Of a stretch of DNA of 63,675 nucleotides, positions 1 to 10,200 are shown piece after piece. Both the position numbers and the translations under genes were made by a program. The stretch comes from Nitrospirota bacterium (GTDB lineage: Bacteria; Nitrospirota; UBA9217). Every line of letters starts with the position of its first letter. Within the stretch, counting starts at the first letter, position 1. The notes below the pieces were generated by a model. That model was not told where the DNA came from. It did no database searches and saw only the letters and a list, made by a program, of their open reading frames with translations. The DNA is taken from NCBI GenBank assembly GCA_043731355.1, contig JAYTJE010000068.1, positions 1 through 63,675 on the forward strand. Direction: 5' to 3'.

Positions 1-1203
1 GGCGCCTGGGGCGCGATCGTCGACCGGTCCGTGCTGGAAGCGCGGTTCGGGAAGTTCGGCGGGCTCTCGAACATCATCCCGGTGGAAGACACGCTGCGGG
101 CCCTCCAGGAAATATCCTTTCTGCATCGCAAAAAATTCTCGCTTCCCATGGTGGGCATCACCGGGTCGAACGGCAAGACCACGACCAAGGAAATGACCGC
201 CGCCATCCTGAAGCAGCGGGGACCGGTGCTGAAGAACGAAGGGAACCTGAACAACCATATCGGCGTGCCGCTTACGCTGATGCAGCTTGATAAAAATCAT
301 TGCGCCGCGGTCGTCGAGATGGGCATGAGCGCTCCGGGCGAGCTCGACCTTTTGGCCAGGCTCGTGAGCCCGGACGTGGGCGTGATCACGAACATCGGCC
401 CGGCGCACCTGGAGTTCCTCGGCTCTCTGGACCGGGTGGCCGATGCCAAGGCGGAGCTGCTGGAAAGTATCAGGGCCAACGGGACCGCGGTCCTGAATGC
501 CGACGATCCGTATTTTTCGGCGCTCAGGAATAAATGGTCCGGCCGCGTTCTTTCCTTCGGCATTGAGCAGCGCGCGGACGTGAAGGCCACCGCCATCCGG
601 CAGGAAAAGGATTTCACCGATTTTACGCTTGAAGCGGAGGGTTCGAAGGTTAGCGTACGGCTCCACGCCGTCGGCAAACACAATATCTACAATGCGCTGG
701 CAGCAGCGGCCGCCGCGCTCGCCGTGGGCACTCCGCTCGAAGCGATACAGTACGGGCTTGACGCTTTCGCTCCGGTTGCCATGCGCTCCGAGCTCAAAGT
801 GATCAAGGGCAGGACCGTGCTTGCCGATCATTACAATGCCAACCCGGGTTCGGTCAGGGCCGCGCTTGAAACGCTGGTCACCCTGCGTCCGGGAGCGCGG
901 TCCGTGGCTGTCCTGGGAGACATGCTCGAACTCGGCCCCTCCTCGGCGGAGGAGCACCGCGAAGTCGGCAGGATTGCCGCGCGCCTGGGCGTGAACGCGC
1001 TGATCACCGTCGGCCCGCTGGCAAAACATATTCTTGAAGGCGCCCATGAGGCGGGCATGCCGAAGGAGCGCCTGTTCGCGTTTGCAGCGGGGTCGCATGC
1101 CAAGGCTGCCGAGCGGCTGGCGAAAGAATCCAAGAACGGCGATGCCGTGCTCATCAAGGGCTCGCGCGGCACGAAGATGGAAAAGATCCTGGAGGAATTC
1201 TAA
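1..1203 (+). CDS. murF: UDP-N-acetylmuramoyl-tripeptide--D-alanyl-D-alanine ligase MurF (5' end off-window)
   Basis: Frame is open from nt 1. Mur-ligase P-loop GITGSNGKTTTKE. Lies directly upstream of mraY with a TAATG stop/start overlap. Confidence 0.9.
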   Translation, partial: GAWGAIVDRSVLEARFGKFGGLSNIIPVEDTLRALQEISFLHRKKFSLPMVGITGSNGKTTTKEMTAAILKQRGPVLKNEGNLNNHIGVPLTLMQLDKNHCAAVVEMGMSAPGELDLLARLVSPDVGVITNIGPAHLEFLGSLDRVADAKAELLESIRANGTAVLNADDPYFSALRNKWSGRVLSFGIEQRADVKATAIRQEKDFTDFTLEAEGSKVSVRLHAVGKHNIYNALAAAAAALAVGTPLEAIQYGLDAFAPVAMRSELKVIKGRTVLADHYNANPGSVRAALETLVTLRPGARSVAVLGDMLELGPSSAEEHREVGRIAARLGVNALITVGPLAKHILEGAHEAGMPKERLFAFAAGSHAKAAERLAKESKNGDAVLIKGSRGTKMEKILEEF

Positions 1204-2285
1204 TGCTCTATCATCTGCTCTACCCGCTGCGCGATCATTTCTCCGGGTTCAACGTCTTCAAGTACATCACGTTCCGGAGCGCCGGAGCGGTCCTGACCGC
1301 GCTGATCGTGAGCTTCGTTTTCGGCGAACCCATGATCGCCTGGCTTCGGAAACTCAAGGTGGGGCAGCAGGTCCGCGACGACGGCCCCCAGAGCCATCTC
1401 AGCAAGCAGGGCACCCCGACCATGGGCGGCCTGCTCATCATCGTTGCGCTGGCGGGCTCGGCCCTGTTGTGGTCCGATCTGACGAACAAATACGTATGGG
1501 TCGTGCTCTGCTCCACGCTTGCCTTCGGCGCGATCGGCTTCTGGGACGACTACCTCAAGGTCGTGAAAAAGCGGTCCACGGGCCTTCGGGCGCTTGAAAA
1601 ATTCGGGCTGCAAATAGCCGCTGCGCTCGTTATTGGATTTTTCCTCTTCTACAATCCCGGCGATCCGAACAGCACCTACCTCTCGGTGCCGTTCATGAAG
1701 CGTGTGCTCATCGACCTGGGCTGGTTCTACATCCCCTTTGTCGTGGTCGTGATCGTGGGGTCGTCGAATGCGGTGAACCTGACCGACGGCCTTGATGGAC
1801 TGGCTATCGGCCTTGTGGGCATTGCGGCAACGGCCAACGCCGTGCTGGTGTACCTGGGCGGAAACCGCTTGATCGCCGATTACCTGAAGATCCAGTATAT
1901 CCCCGGCAGCGGCGAGCTGGTGATCTTCTGCGGCGCCCTGCTCGGCGCGAGCCTCGGGTTCCTGTGGTACAACTCGCATCCCGCCGAAGTGTTCATGGGC
2001 GATGTGGGCTCGCTCTCGCTCGGCGCGGCGCTCGGGACCCTGGCCGTGGTGACCAAACATGAACTGATCCTGGTGATAACCGGCGGCATCTTCGTCGCGG
2101 AAACTCTTTCGGTGGTGCTGCAGGTCGGATTGTACAAGCTGCGGGGCAAGCGGATCTTCCGGATGGCGCCCATGCACCATCATTTCGAGCAGATCGGGTG
2201 GCCGGAGTCCAAGGTGATCGTGCGCTTCTGGATCGCCGGCATCATCCTGGCGCTGATCTCGATCAGCACGCTGAAGCTGAGGTAA
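1203..2285 (+). CDS. mraY: phospho-N-acetylmuramoyl-pentapeptide transferase MraY
   Basis: Multi-TM protein with NAVNLTDGLDGLA and PMHHHFEQIGW motifs. dcw cluster position. Confidence 0.95.
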   Translation: MLYHLLYPLRDHFSGFNVFKYITFRSAGAVLTALIVSFVFGEPMIAWLRKLKVGQQVRDDGPQSHLSKQGTPTMGGLLIIVALAGSALLWSDLTNKYVWVVLCSTLAFGAIGFWDDYLKVVKKRSTGLRALEKFGLQIAAALVIGFFLFYNPGDPNSTYLSVPFMKRVLIDLGWFYIPFVVVVIVGSSNAVNLTDGLDGLAIGLVGIAATANAVLVYLGGNRLIADYLKIQYIPGSGELVIFCGALLGASLGFLWYNSHPAEVFMGDVGSLSLGAALGTLAVVTKHELILVITGGIFVAETLSVVLQVGLYKLRGKRIFRMAPMHHHFEQIGWPESKVIVRFWIAGIILALISISTLKLR

Positions 2286-2403
2286 GGCAGGAAGAGAAGA
2301 ACGGGAAGGTAAGAAGGTAGGAGGGTAGGAAGGTATGCGAAAATCCACAACAGCGGTTTTTTGCTCCTTCATTCCATCGTACCCTCTTTCCCTCTTTCCA
2401 TCG
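2286..2403. repeat. inverted pair of purine-rich GGTAGGAA-type octamer tracts in the mraY-murD spacer
   Basis: Left arm GGAAGGTAAGAAGGTAGGAGGGTAGGAAGGTA. Right arm is its imperfect pyrimidine complement, CCTTCATTCCATCGTACCCTCTTTCCCTCTTTCC. Related tracts occur at 10147-10196 and 60967-61039. Confidence 0.5.
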
Positions 2404-2425
2404 ATGTTTTATAGCGGGAGGTAAC

Positions 2426-3763
2426 GTGGCGGTGAACTTTAAAGACAAGCGGGTAACGGTGGTGGGAATGGCCCGGAGCGGCATTGCAGCGGCCCGGGCG
2501 CTCGACGCGCTCGGCGCGCGGGTGACCATTACCGACAAGAAACCTCTGGCGGACCTTGCCGCGCAGGTGAAGGCACTGAACAACGACCGCATCGTGGTCG
2601 AAGCAGGCGGCCACCCGGAGCGCATCTTCACGGACACGGACCTGATCGTGCTGAGCCCCGGTGTGCCGAAGCTCGCTCCGGTCCAGAAAGCCCGCGAGCG
2701 GGGTGTGCCGGTGATCAGCGAACTGGAGCTTGCATGGCTCCTGTCGGAGTCTCCCTATATCGGCATCACCGGCACCAACGGCAAGTCCACGGTCACGACA
2801 TTGGTGGGACTCATGCTGGCAAAGGCGGGCAAGAAGGCGCTCGTGGCGGGAAACATCGGCAATGCTCTGACCGAGGAGGTCGCGCTGCTTCGCGGCCAGG
2901 ACTGGATCGTGGCCGAACTCTCGAGCTTTCAGCTCGACGACATCGATACCTTCAAACCCCATATTGCGGCGGTCCTGAACGTGACCCAGGACCATCTCGA
3001 CCGGTATCCTGACCTTGCGGCATACGGCGAAGCCAAAGCGCGCGTGTTCCTGAACCAGCAGAAAGAGGACCTGCTGGTGCTGAACTTCGACGACCCCGAG
3101 GTCAAGGCGTTTGCGCAGCGGACGAAGGCAACGGTCGTCCCCTTTTCCCGGCTCCAGCGGTTTAACCCCGGCGCCTGCGTTCAGGACGGGCAGCTCGTGT
3201 TCAACAACCAGCCGGTCATCAAGACCGGCGAGCTCAGGATCAAGGGCGTCCATAATCTTGAGAATGCGCTGGCGGCCACGGCGCTGGCAATCCTCGCCGG
3301 TGCGGACATCGCCTCGGTCGCGGCCGTGTTGAAAGAATATCCCGGACTGGAACACCGGCTGGAGTTCGTGCGCAAGCGGAACGGCGTGAACTATATCAAC
3401 GATTCCAAAGGCACCAACGTCGGCGCTGTGGTGAAGTCTGTCGAAGGCTTCACGCACCCGGTCATCCTGATCGCCGGCGGACTGGACAAGGGAAGCGATT
3501 TCAGCCCGCTCTACAATCTCTTTGCTGAAAAGGTGAAACTGCTGGTGTTGATCGGCAAGGCCGCGGACAAGATGGAAGACGTGCTCGGAAGCGCGACCGA
3601 TACCGTGCGCGCCGCTTCCCTGGAGGAGGCGGTGCGGATCGCGGCGGAACAGGCGGAGTTGGGCGACGTGGTGCTCCTGTCGCCGGCCTGCGCGAGCTTC
3701 GACATGTTCAAGGATTTCGAGGACCGGGGCCGGAAGTTCAAGGACGCGGTGAAAAAACTGTAA
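2426..3763 (+). CDS. murD: UDP-N-acetylmuramoylalanine--D-glutamate ligase MurD
   Basis: GTG start behind GGAGG. N-terminal Rossmann VTVVGMARSGIAAARAL. P-loop GITGTNGKST. Confidence 0.93.
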   Translation: MAVNFKDKRVTVVGMARSGIAAARALDALGARVTITDKKPLADLAAQVKALNNDRIVVEAGGHPERIFTDTDLIVLSPGVPKLAPVQKARERGVPVISELELAWLLSESPYIGITGTNGKSTVTTLVGLMLAKAGKKALVAGNIGNALTEEVALLRGQDWIVAELSSFQLDDIDTFKPHIAAVLNVTQDHLDRYPDLAAYGEAKARVFLNQQKEDLLVLNFDDPEVKAFAQRTKATVVPFSRLQRFNPGACVQDGQLVFNNQPVIKTGELRIKGVHNLENALAATALAILAGADIASVAAVLKEYPGLEHRLEFVRKRNGVNYINDSKGTNVGAVVKSVEGFTHPVILIAGGLDKGSDFSPLYNLFAEKVKLLVLIGKAADKMEDVLGSATDTVRAASLEEAVRIAAEQAELGDVVLLSPACASFDMFKDFEDRGRKFKDAVKKL

Positions 3764-3815
3764 CCCTATTGCGGAATAAGGACGAAGCAGTGCAACGCGG
3801 AGCACGGATCTAAAC

Positions 3816-4928
3816 ATGCAGCTGGCAACGACCCAACAAGGCCATTACGACAGCGCGCTGTTCGCGGCGATCCTGGGGCTCATCATCATCAGTGTGGTGA
3901 TGGTCTACAGTTCGAGCAGCGTGGTTGCGCTCACGAGCTACGACGACGCGGCCTATTTTGCCCGCAAGCAGCTTATCTGGGCCGTGGCCGGGTTTTTGGT
4001 CATGGCGGGCGCGATGCGCATGGACCACCGGCTGCTGGGAGAACAGCGGGTCGTTATGGCTATCCTGCTGGTATCGCTGCTGCTGCTGGCGGCGACGCTG
4101 GTGCCCGGCATCGGACACATGGTCAATGGTTCGCGCCGCTGGCTGCGGCTCGGCCTGTTCTCGTTCCAGCCCTCGGAGCTTGCCAAGGTCGCGCTGGTTA
4201 TCTATCTGAGCTATTATATTGTAAAGAAGGGCGAGCGTATCAGGGATTTCATGAACGGCATCATACCCGCCTATGTCATAGCCGGCGTGTTCATGGCAAC
4301 AACAGTGCTCCAGCCGGATTTTGGAACGGCCATGACCATCGCTCTGGTGGCGGGCATCATGCTCTTTGCCGGTGGAGCGAACGTCCTGCATCTGGGCGCG
4401 ACCGTGCTTGTTGGACTGCCTTTTATGTATATTGCCGTATTCCACAAGGCGTACCGGGCACGGAGGATCTTCTCGTTCCTCGATCCCTGGGCCGATCCCC
4501 ACGGCTCCGGGCATCAGATCATCCAGTCCTTCCTCGCTTTCGGCAGCGGCGGTGTGTTCGGCCGGGGGCTCGGCGAGGGGCGGCAGAAGCTGCTCTTCCT
4601 GCCCGAGCGGCATTCGGACTTCATTTACGCCGTCATCGGTGAGGAGCTCGGATTGATCGGGGCGCTTGTCGTGCTTGCGCTGTTCCTGTTCCTTCTGTGG
4701 CGCGGCGTGCGGATCGCGCTTTCGGCAAACGAGCGCTTCGGCCGGTTTCTGGCGTTTGGCATCACGCTTCTGGTCTGCATCCAGGCGCTTATGAACATGG
4801 CGGTTGTTACCGGCATGTTCCCGACCAAGGGCATTGCGCTGCCGCTTATCAGCTACGGCGGTTCTTCTCTGGTGCTCACCATGGGTGCGCTGGGAGTGCT
4901 GCTGAACATCTCCAGGGAAACAACGTGA
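3816..4928 (+). CDS. ftsW: FtsW/RodA/SpoVE-family peptidoglycan glycosyltransferase (FtsW by position)
   Basis: Roughly 10-TM SEDS-type protein with a LPERHSDFIYAVIGEELG motif, located between murD and murG. Confidence 0.88.
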   Translation: MQLATTQQGHYDSALFAAILGLIIISVVMVYSSSSVVALTSYDDAAYFARKQLIWAVAGFLVMAGAMRMDHRLLGEQRVVMAILLVSLLLLAATLVPGIGHMVNGSRRWLRLGLFSFQPSELAKVALVIYLSYYIVKKGERIRDFMNGIIPAYVIAGVFMATTVLQPDFGTAMTIALVAGIMLFAGGANVLHLGATVLVGLPFMYIAVFHKAYRARRIFSFLDPWADPHGSGHQIIQSFLAFGSGGVFGRGLGEGRQKLLFLPERHSDFIYAVIGEELGLIGALVVLALFLFLLWRGVRIALSANERFGRFLAFGITLLVCIQALMNMAVVTGMFPTKGIALPLISYGGSSLVLTMGALGVLLNISRETT

Positions 4929-4956
4929 GACGCATTGCGGATTGCGGATTAAAACT

Positions 4957-6033
4957 ATGAAGGTTATCATCGCAGGCGGTGGAACGGGGGGGCATCTCTA
5001 TCCGGGGATCGCCATTGCCCGTGAGCTTTTGCGAACACCCGGCAACGAGGTCCTGTTCGTGGGAACGAAGCAGGGCATCGAGGCGCGGGTGCTGCCAAGT
5101 GAAGGACTGCCGCTGCGCTTTATCAGCGTGGGCAAGCTCAAGGGCATGAAGCTCGTCTCGACTTTGAAGACCTTAGTCACGCTGCCGCGAAGCATTATGC
5201 AGTCGCTCTTTTTGCTGAGGGAAATACGGCCGGACGTGGTGATCGGTATGGGCGGCTATGCGTCAGGGCCTGTGGCGCTCGCGGCCTGGTTGAGTCGGCG
5301 GCCGCTCCTTATCATCGAACCGAACTCCTACGCCGGTCTTGCGAATCGTGTGCTCGGCAGGCTGGCCCGGAAGATCATTCTTTGTTTTCCAGGCACGGAC
5401 CGGCAACAGTTCTTTGCGAAGCAAAAGACGGTCCACGCGGGGCCGCTGGTGCGCAAGGGTATTGATCAGGGCGACCGCGCGAAAGCGCTTGCGGAGTTCG
5501 GGCTGGAAGCAGGCAGGTTCACCGTCTTCGTCATGGGCGGCAGCGGCGGGGCCCACGCCATCAACCTGGCCATGAAGGAAGCGGCCAGGGGTTTGAGCGG
5601 ACTCGCCGGCCTCCAGGTCCTGCATCAGACCGGGAGCGCGGACGTTGCTGACGTGGCAGCCTCATATCGTGAGGCCGGCGTGAAAGCAGTGGTGCTTCCC
5701 TATGTCAATGATATGGCCGGGGCCTATGCCGCGGCGGACCTGGTGGTCTCGCGCTCCGGCGCCACCACGGTGGCGGAGCTCGCCGTCTGCGGAAAACGGG
5801 CCGTGCTGGTGCCCTTCCCCTTCGCGGCGGACAATCACCAGGAGTATAACGCACGGACGCTGGCGAACCGCGGCGCGGCCGAGGTGGTGCTGCAGCGTGA
5901 ACTGACAGCGGAAAAGATTACCTTCATGATACAACACTATGCCGGAACAGAAGCGCCGGCAACGAAGCCGATGGCTGGCACGGCGGCAAAGGAGATCGCG
6001 GAAATCTGCGGGAGCTATGTTCAAAAAAATTAA
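4957..6033 (+). CDS. murG: undecaprenyldiphospho-muramoylpentapeptide beta-N-acetylglucosaminyltransferase MurG
   Basis: [22 protein letters not shown]-terminus. ATG 4957 preferred over the upstream alternative start at 4942. Confidence 0.92.
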   Translation: MKVIIAGGGTGGHLYPGIAIARELLRTPGNEVLFVGTKQGIEARVLPSEGLPLRFISVGKLKGMKLVSTLKTLVTLPRSIMQSLFLLREIRPDVVIGMGGYASGPVALAAWLSRRPLLIIEPNSYAGLANRVLGRLARKIILCFPGTDRQQFFAKQKTVHAGPLVRKGIDQGDRAKALAEFGLEAGRFTVFVMGGSGGAHAINLAMKEAARGLSGLAGLQVLHQTGSADVADVAASYREAGVKAVVLPYVNDMAGAYAAADLVVSRSGATTVAELAVCGKRAVLVPFPFAADNHQEYNARTLANRGAAEVVLQRELTAEKITFMIQHYAGTEAPATKPMAGTAAKEIAEICGSYVQKN

Positions 6034-7405
6034 ACACATTCATTTCGTCGGCATCGGCGGCATCGGCATGAGCGGCATTGCCGAAGTGCTCCTGAACCTG
6101 GGGTACAAGGTCTCGGGGTCGGACATGAAGGAATCGGACAGCACGGAGCGGCTGCGGAAGCTCGGCGGCGAGATCGCCATCGGGCATCGCGCAGAGAACA
6201 TTACCTCGCCGCACGTGGTCGTCATCTCCTCGGCGGTCAAGAACGACAACATCGAGGTGATCGCGGCGCGGGAAAAGCAGGTGCCGGTCATCCCGCGGGC
6301 CGAGATGCTGGCCGAGCTCATGCGCCTCAAGTACGGCGTCGCCATTGCGGGAGCGCACGGCAAGACCACCACCACCTCGATGGTCGCGACCGTGCTGGGG
6401 GCCGGCGGCATCGACCCCACCGTCGTCATCGGCGGCAGGTTGAACAGTCTGGGCGGCTCCAATGCCAAGCTGGGTCAGGGCGAATTCCTGGTGGCCGAAG
6501 CGGACGAGAGCGACGGCAGTTTTCTCAAGTTGTCCCCCACCATCGCGGTGGTCACGACCATCGACGAGGAGCACCTCGACTACTATAAGGACATCGCCGA
6601 GATCAAGGACGCCTTCCTCACCTTCATCAACAAAGTGCCCTTTTACGGCGTGGCGGTCCTCTGCCTGGACCAGCCGCACATCCAGGCGCTCATTCCGCTT
6701 GTCCAGAAACGCTACCAGACCTACGGCCTGAGCTCGCAGGCGGATTACCAGGCCAAAGAAGTGGCGCTCAAGCCGCTGGGTTCCCGGTTCAAGGTCTTCC
6801 ACCTGGGCCAGGACCTCGGCTGGTTCGAACTGTCGGTGCCGGGCGTGCACAACATCAATAACAGCCTGGCGGCCATAGCGGTCGCCCGAGAACTCGAAGT
6901 GGAGCTGGAAACGGTCCGCAAGGCGCTCAAGGAGTTCGCCGGTGTGCAGCGGCGGTTCCAGATCAAGGGTGAGGTGAACGGCATCATCGTCGTGGACGAT
7001 TACGGCCACCACCCCACCGAGGTCAGGGCCACGCTGGCGGCCGCGGCAGCGGGGCTCGAGCGCCGCGTCGTGGTTGTGTTTCAGCCGCACCGGTACACCC
7101 GGACGCAGCACCTGCTCCAGGATTTTTTCACGGCCTTTAATCAGGCCGACAAGCTGATTGTCATGGAGATCTATGCGGCCGGAGAGAAACCGATCCCGGG
7201 CGTTACCGGCCAGGCGCTTTTCGAAGGCATCAAAAAGTACGGGCATAAGGACGTGACCTTCATACCGGACCGCAACCGGATCGTTCCGCACCTTATGGAG
7301 CAGCTCAAAAGGGGTGATCTCCTGATCACGCTCGGGGCCGGCGATGTCTGGAAGCTGGGGGAGCTGGCACTGGAGGGACTGAAGCATGGAGCTGAAAAAC
7401 TTTAA
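6017..7405 (+). CDS. murC: UDP-N-acetylmuramate--L-alanine ligase MurC
   Basis: [26 protein letters not shown]-terminus and [12 protein letters not shown]-loop. Overlaps the murG 3' end by 17 nt. Confidence 0.93.
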   Translation: MFKKIKHIHFVGIGGIGMSGIAEVLLNLGYKVSGSDMKESDSTERLRKLGGEIAIGHRAENITSPHVVVISSAVKNDNIEVIAAREKQVPVIPRAEMLAELMRLKYGVAIAGAHGKTTTTSMVATVLGAGGIDPTVVIGGRLNSLGGSNAKLGQGEFLVAEADESDGSFLKLSPTIAVVTTIDEEHLDYYKDIAEIKDAFLTFINKVPFYGVAVLCLDQPHIQALIPLVQKRYQTYGLSSQADYQAKEVALKPLGSRFKVFHLGQDLGWFELSVPGVHNINNSLAAIAVARELEVELETVRKALKEFAGVQRRFQIKGEVNGIIVVDDYGHHPTEVRATLAAAAAGLERRVVVVFQPHRYTRTQHLLQDFFTAFNQADKLIVMEIYAAGEKPIPGVTGQALFEGIKKYGHKDVTFIPDRNRIVPHLMEQLKRGDLLITLGAGDVWKLGELALEGLKHGAEKL

Positions 7406-8297
7406 GGGAGAGGTCCTGCGGAACGAGCCGCTGAGCAGGCATACCTCGTTCGGCATCGGCGGTCCTGCGGACTTTCTGGTCTCTCCCGCGGACCGTGAAG
7501 ATCTGGCGGCGCTGCTCCGGGAGCTCGGGACGCGGAAGCTGAGCTTTGTCGTTCTGGGCGGCGGCACGAACGTTCTGGTGCGGGACGGCGGGTTCCGCGG
7601 CGTGGTGATCAGCCTGCGGCGACTGAACGCAATCAGGATCGAGCGGGAATACCGCTCCCTGGGCGGCGCCTATGCGATCGTTTCCGTGGAAGCGGGCGCC
7701 GCGCTCGCCCGGGTGGTCTCCTTCACCGCGAACGAAGCGCTGACGGGCCTCGAATTCGCAACCGGCATTCCCGGCGCCCTCGGCGGCGCGATCTGCATGA
7801 ACGCCGGCACTGCCGAGGGTGAAATGGGAGATGTGGCCGAGACGGTCACGCTGCTCGCGCCCGATGGGAAACTGGTTACGCGGAACAAAGAGGACATGGG
7901 CTTCGGGTACCGTACCGCAAACGTTCCCGCGGGACAGGTGGTGCTCTGCGCCACGCTCCAGCTGCGGCATGATGAAAAAAGCCAGATAGAAGCGAAGATC
8001 AAGGCGCTCATGGACCTGCGAAAGGACCGCCAGCCCCTGGGGCTGCCGAACGCAGGGTCGATATTCAAGAATCCCCTTGATGAGTCGGCAGGCAAACTGA
8101 TCGAGACCGCGGGGCTTAAAGGCAAGACCATCGGCGGAGCGCAGGTATCGGAAAAACACGCGAACTTCATTGTGAACAAGGGCAAAGCAAAGGCCGCTGA
8201 TGTGCTGGCGCTCATGGAACTCGTGAAGCGGACCGTGCTCGAGGTGCATGGCGCGCGGCTCGAACCGGAGATCAAGATCATCGGAGAAGATGGGTAA
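7386..8297 (+). CDS. murB: UDP-N-acetylenolpyruvoylglucosamine reductase MurB
   Basis: FAD-binding [10 protein letters not shown] segment, a GSIFKNP motif, and dcw position. Confidence 0.92.
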   Translation: MELKNFKGEVLRNEPLSRHTSFGIGGPADFLVSPADREDLAALLRELGTRKLSFVVLGGGTNVLVRDGGFRGVVISLRRLNAIRIEREYRSLGGAYAIVSVEAGAALARVVSFTANEALTGLEFATGIPGALGGAICMNAGTAEGEMGDVAETVTLLAPDGKLVTRNKEDMGFGYRTANVPAGQVVLCATLQLRHDEKSQIEAKIKALMDLRKDRQPLGLPNAGSIFKNPLDESAGKLIETAGLKGKTIGGAQVSEKHANFIVNKGKAKAADVLALMELVKRTVLEVHGARLEPEIKIIGEDG

Positions 8298-8300
8298 ATG

Positions 8301-8331
8301 CAGGGTCCGGGGTCCGGGGTTCAGGGTACAG
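8301..8331. repeat. tandem heptamer tract (GGTNCRG x4) in the murB-ddl spacer
   Basis: CAGGGTCCGGGGTCCGGGGTTCAGGGTACAG. A related tract lies at 30867-30904. Confidence 0.5.
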
Positions 8332-8371
8332 CAAAAGTAGCAAGGGTTAAGTAAAGAAAAGGACGTAAGCA

Positions 8372-9289
8372 ATGGCACGGGTGACGAATAAGAAGATCGG
8401 GGTGCTTATGGGCGGGCTTTCTTCGGAGCGCGAGGTCTCGCTCTCCACGGGGAAGGCGGTCCTTTCAGCGCTTTTGGAAAAAGGCTACAACGCGGCGGCC
8501 ATTGATGTGGGCAAAGACGCGGGAGAGCAGGTCCGGAAAGCGGGGATCGAGATCGCCTTTAACGGATTGCACGGCAAGTACGGCGAGGACGGCGCCATCC
8601 AGGGACTTTTGGAGCTCGCCGGCATTCCCTGCACCGGTTCGGGCATCCTGGCCAGCGCCATGGGCATGAACAAGATCATTTCCAAGCTGGTGTTCAAAAA
8701 CCATGGCCTTTTAGTTGGCCCCTACCTAGTCGTCGAGCTCCGCAACCGGGAGGCGCTGAATGAAGTCCCCTCGATCATGGATTATCCGGTGGTGGTAAAG
8801 CCGAGCTCCGAAGGGTCGAGCGTCGGCGTAACCCTGGTGTATGCCCATGAAGAACTGAGGCCTGCGGCGGACCTGGCCTTCCAGTATGATCGGGAGATCC
8901 TGGTGGAAAAATATATCAGGGGAAAAGAAGTGCAGGTGGGCGTCCTCGGGGACCGCGCGCTCGGCGCGATCGAGATCGTTCCGAAGAATGTCATCTACGA
9001 CTACGAAGCAAAATACAAGCCGGGTATGTCGGAGCACTTCTTTCCTGCCAGGATAGATAAAGAGGCTTACGCGCAGGTGCTCGAAGCGGGCTTGCAGGCG
9101 CACCGCGCCCTCGGCTGCCGGGGCTACAGCAGGGTTGATTTCATCATAGATGAAAGCGGCGCGCCCTATATTCTCGAAGTGAACACGCTGCCGGGCATGA
9201 CCGCCACGAGCCTGCTGCCCGATATCGCCCGGGGCACGGGGATCTCCTTCCCGGACCTGGTGGAAGAGATCTTGAGACTGGCACTCTAA
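8372..9289 (+). CDS. ddl: D-alanine--D-alanine ligase
   Basis: IGVLMGGLSSEREVSLSTG N-terminus and an ATP-grasp C-terminal LEVNTLPGMT motif. Confidence 0.93.
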   Translation: MARVTNKKIGVLMGGLSSEREVSLSTGKAVLSALLEKGYNAAAIDVGKDAGEQVRKAGIEIAFNGLHGKYGEDGAIQGLLELAGIPCTGSGILASAMGMNKIISKLVFKNHGLLVGPYLVVELRNREALNEVPSIMDYPVVVKPSSEGSSVGVTLVYAHEELRPAADLAFQYDREILVEKYIRGKEVQVGVLGDRALGAIEIVPKNVIYDYEAKYKPGMSEHFFPARIDKEAYAQVLEAGLQAHRALGCRGYSRVDFIIDESGAPYILEVNTLPGMTATSLLPDIARGTGISFPDLVEEILRLAL

Positions 9290-9296
9290 TTGCCTT

Positions 9297-10166
9297 ATGC
9301 GTGATTATAAGAACATAAAAGCACCACGCTCGTACCGCTCGCGCAACTCCCGAACGAATGTCAAGCGGGTGTCGGTGGGCCGCGGGCCGCGAAGGGAGCC
9401 GTCGGACCTGGTGGCGGCGCTGATAAGGACCATGGTGATCATGCTGGTGACCGGGGGCTGCTACCTAAGTTGGATGGGATATCAATGGGCAACGCACACC
9501 CGGACCTTTCAGGTCGCCGGCGTCGATGTGACCGGCGCGCGGCGCCTGAGCAGAGACGAACTGCAAAATATTGCCGGGACTTTCACGGGACAGAGCATTT
9601 TCACGGTAAACCTCAATGAAGCGGCCCAGCGCGCCCGCGCGCTTCCCTGGGTCCGGGACGTGCGGCTCTACCGTCATCTGCCGAACCGCATCAGCATGGC
9701 CGTCTCCGAAAGGACCGCTGTTGCCGTGCTCGACTGCGGCAGCGGACGCTATCTTGTTGACGACGAAGGCGTGGTGATCATTAGAGAAGCCGCGGCCGGA
9801 GAGGACGCGCAGGCGCTGCCGGTCGTGGCGATCACCGGCTGCCGGGCGCAGCCGGGACACGCGGTGGATTCCGGGGCACTGAACGAGGCGTTGGCGCTTT
9901 TGCGGGAGCTCGCACACCGCGGCGGGTGGAGGGCCTCCGACCTTACCATCAGGGCCAATTCGGCGGAAACGCTTGCCGTGGTATACGGCGGGCATGAGTT
10001 CAGGATCGGCAATGGCAATTATGCTGAAAAGCTCAGGCGACTGGGTGAGATCCTGAGCGATGTACAGCAGCGCGGGCTCACGATCGCTTATGTGGATCTG
10101 CGTCCCGAACGTCAGGCGGCGGTGATGGCGAATGCAAGACCAAAAAGCGGGAAGGTAAAAAGGTAG
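9297..10166 (+). CDS. ftsQ: cell division protein FtsQ (POTRA domain)
   Basis: Single TM followed by a POTRA-like FQVAGVDVTGARRLSRDEL segment, located between ddl and ftsA. Confidence 0.85.
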   Translation: MRDYKNIKAPRSYRSRNSRTNVKRVSVGRGPRREPSDLVAALIRTMVIMLVTGGCYLSWMGYQWATHTRTFQVAGVDVTGARRLSRDELQNIAGTFTGQSIFTVNLNEAAQRARALPWVRDVRLYRHLPNRISMAVSERTAVAVLDCGSGRYLVDDEGVVIIREAAAGEDAQALPVVAITGCRAQPGHAVDSGALNEALALLRELAHRGGWRASDLTIRANSAETLAVVYGGHEFRIGNGNYAEKLRRLGEILSDVQQRGLTIAYVDLRPERQAAVMANARPKSGKVKR

Positions 10167-10196
10167 GAAGTTGGGAAGGTAAGAAGAAGCGGAGGA
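10147..10196 (+). repeat. purine-rich GGTAGGAA-type tract spanning the ftsQ stop up to the ftsA start
   Basis: GCGGGAAGGTAAAAAGGTAGGAAGTTGGGAAGGTAAGAAGAAGCGGAGGA. Same word family as 2286-2335 and 60967-60999. Confidence 0.45.
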
Positions 10197-10200
10197 TGCC

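Noticed and set aside
1200-3817. Long minus-strand ORFs (390 aa at 1200-2372, 482 aa at 2369-3817) antisense to mraY and murD
   Set aside because: They are shadow ORFs typical of GC-rich DNA, with Arg/His/Gly/Pro-rich low-complexity translations and no recognisable motifs. The plus-strand frames carry unmistakable MraY and MurD signatures.
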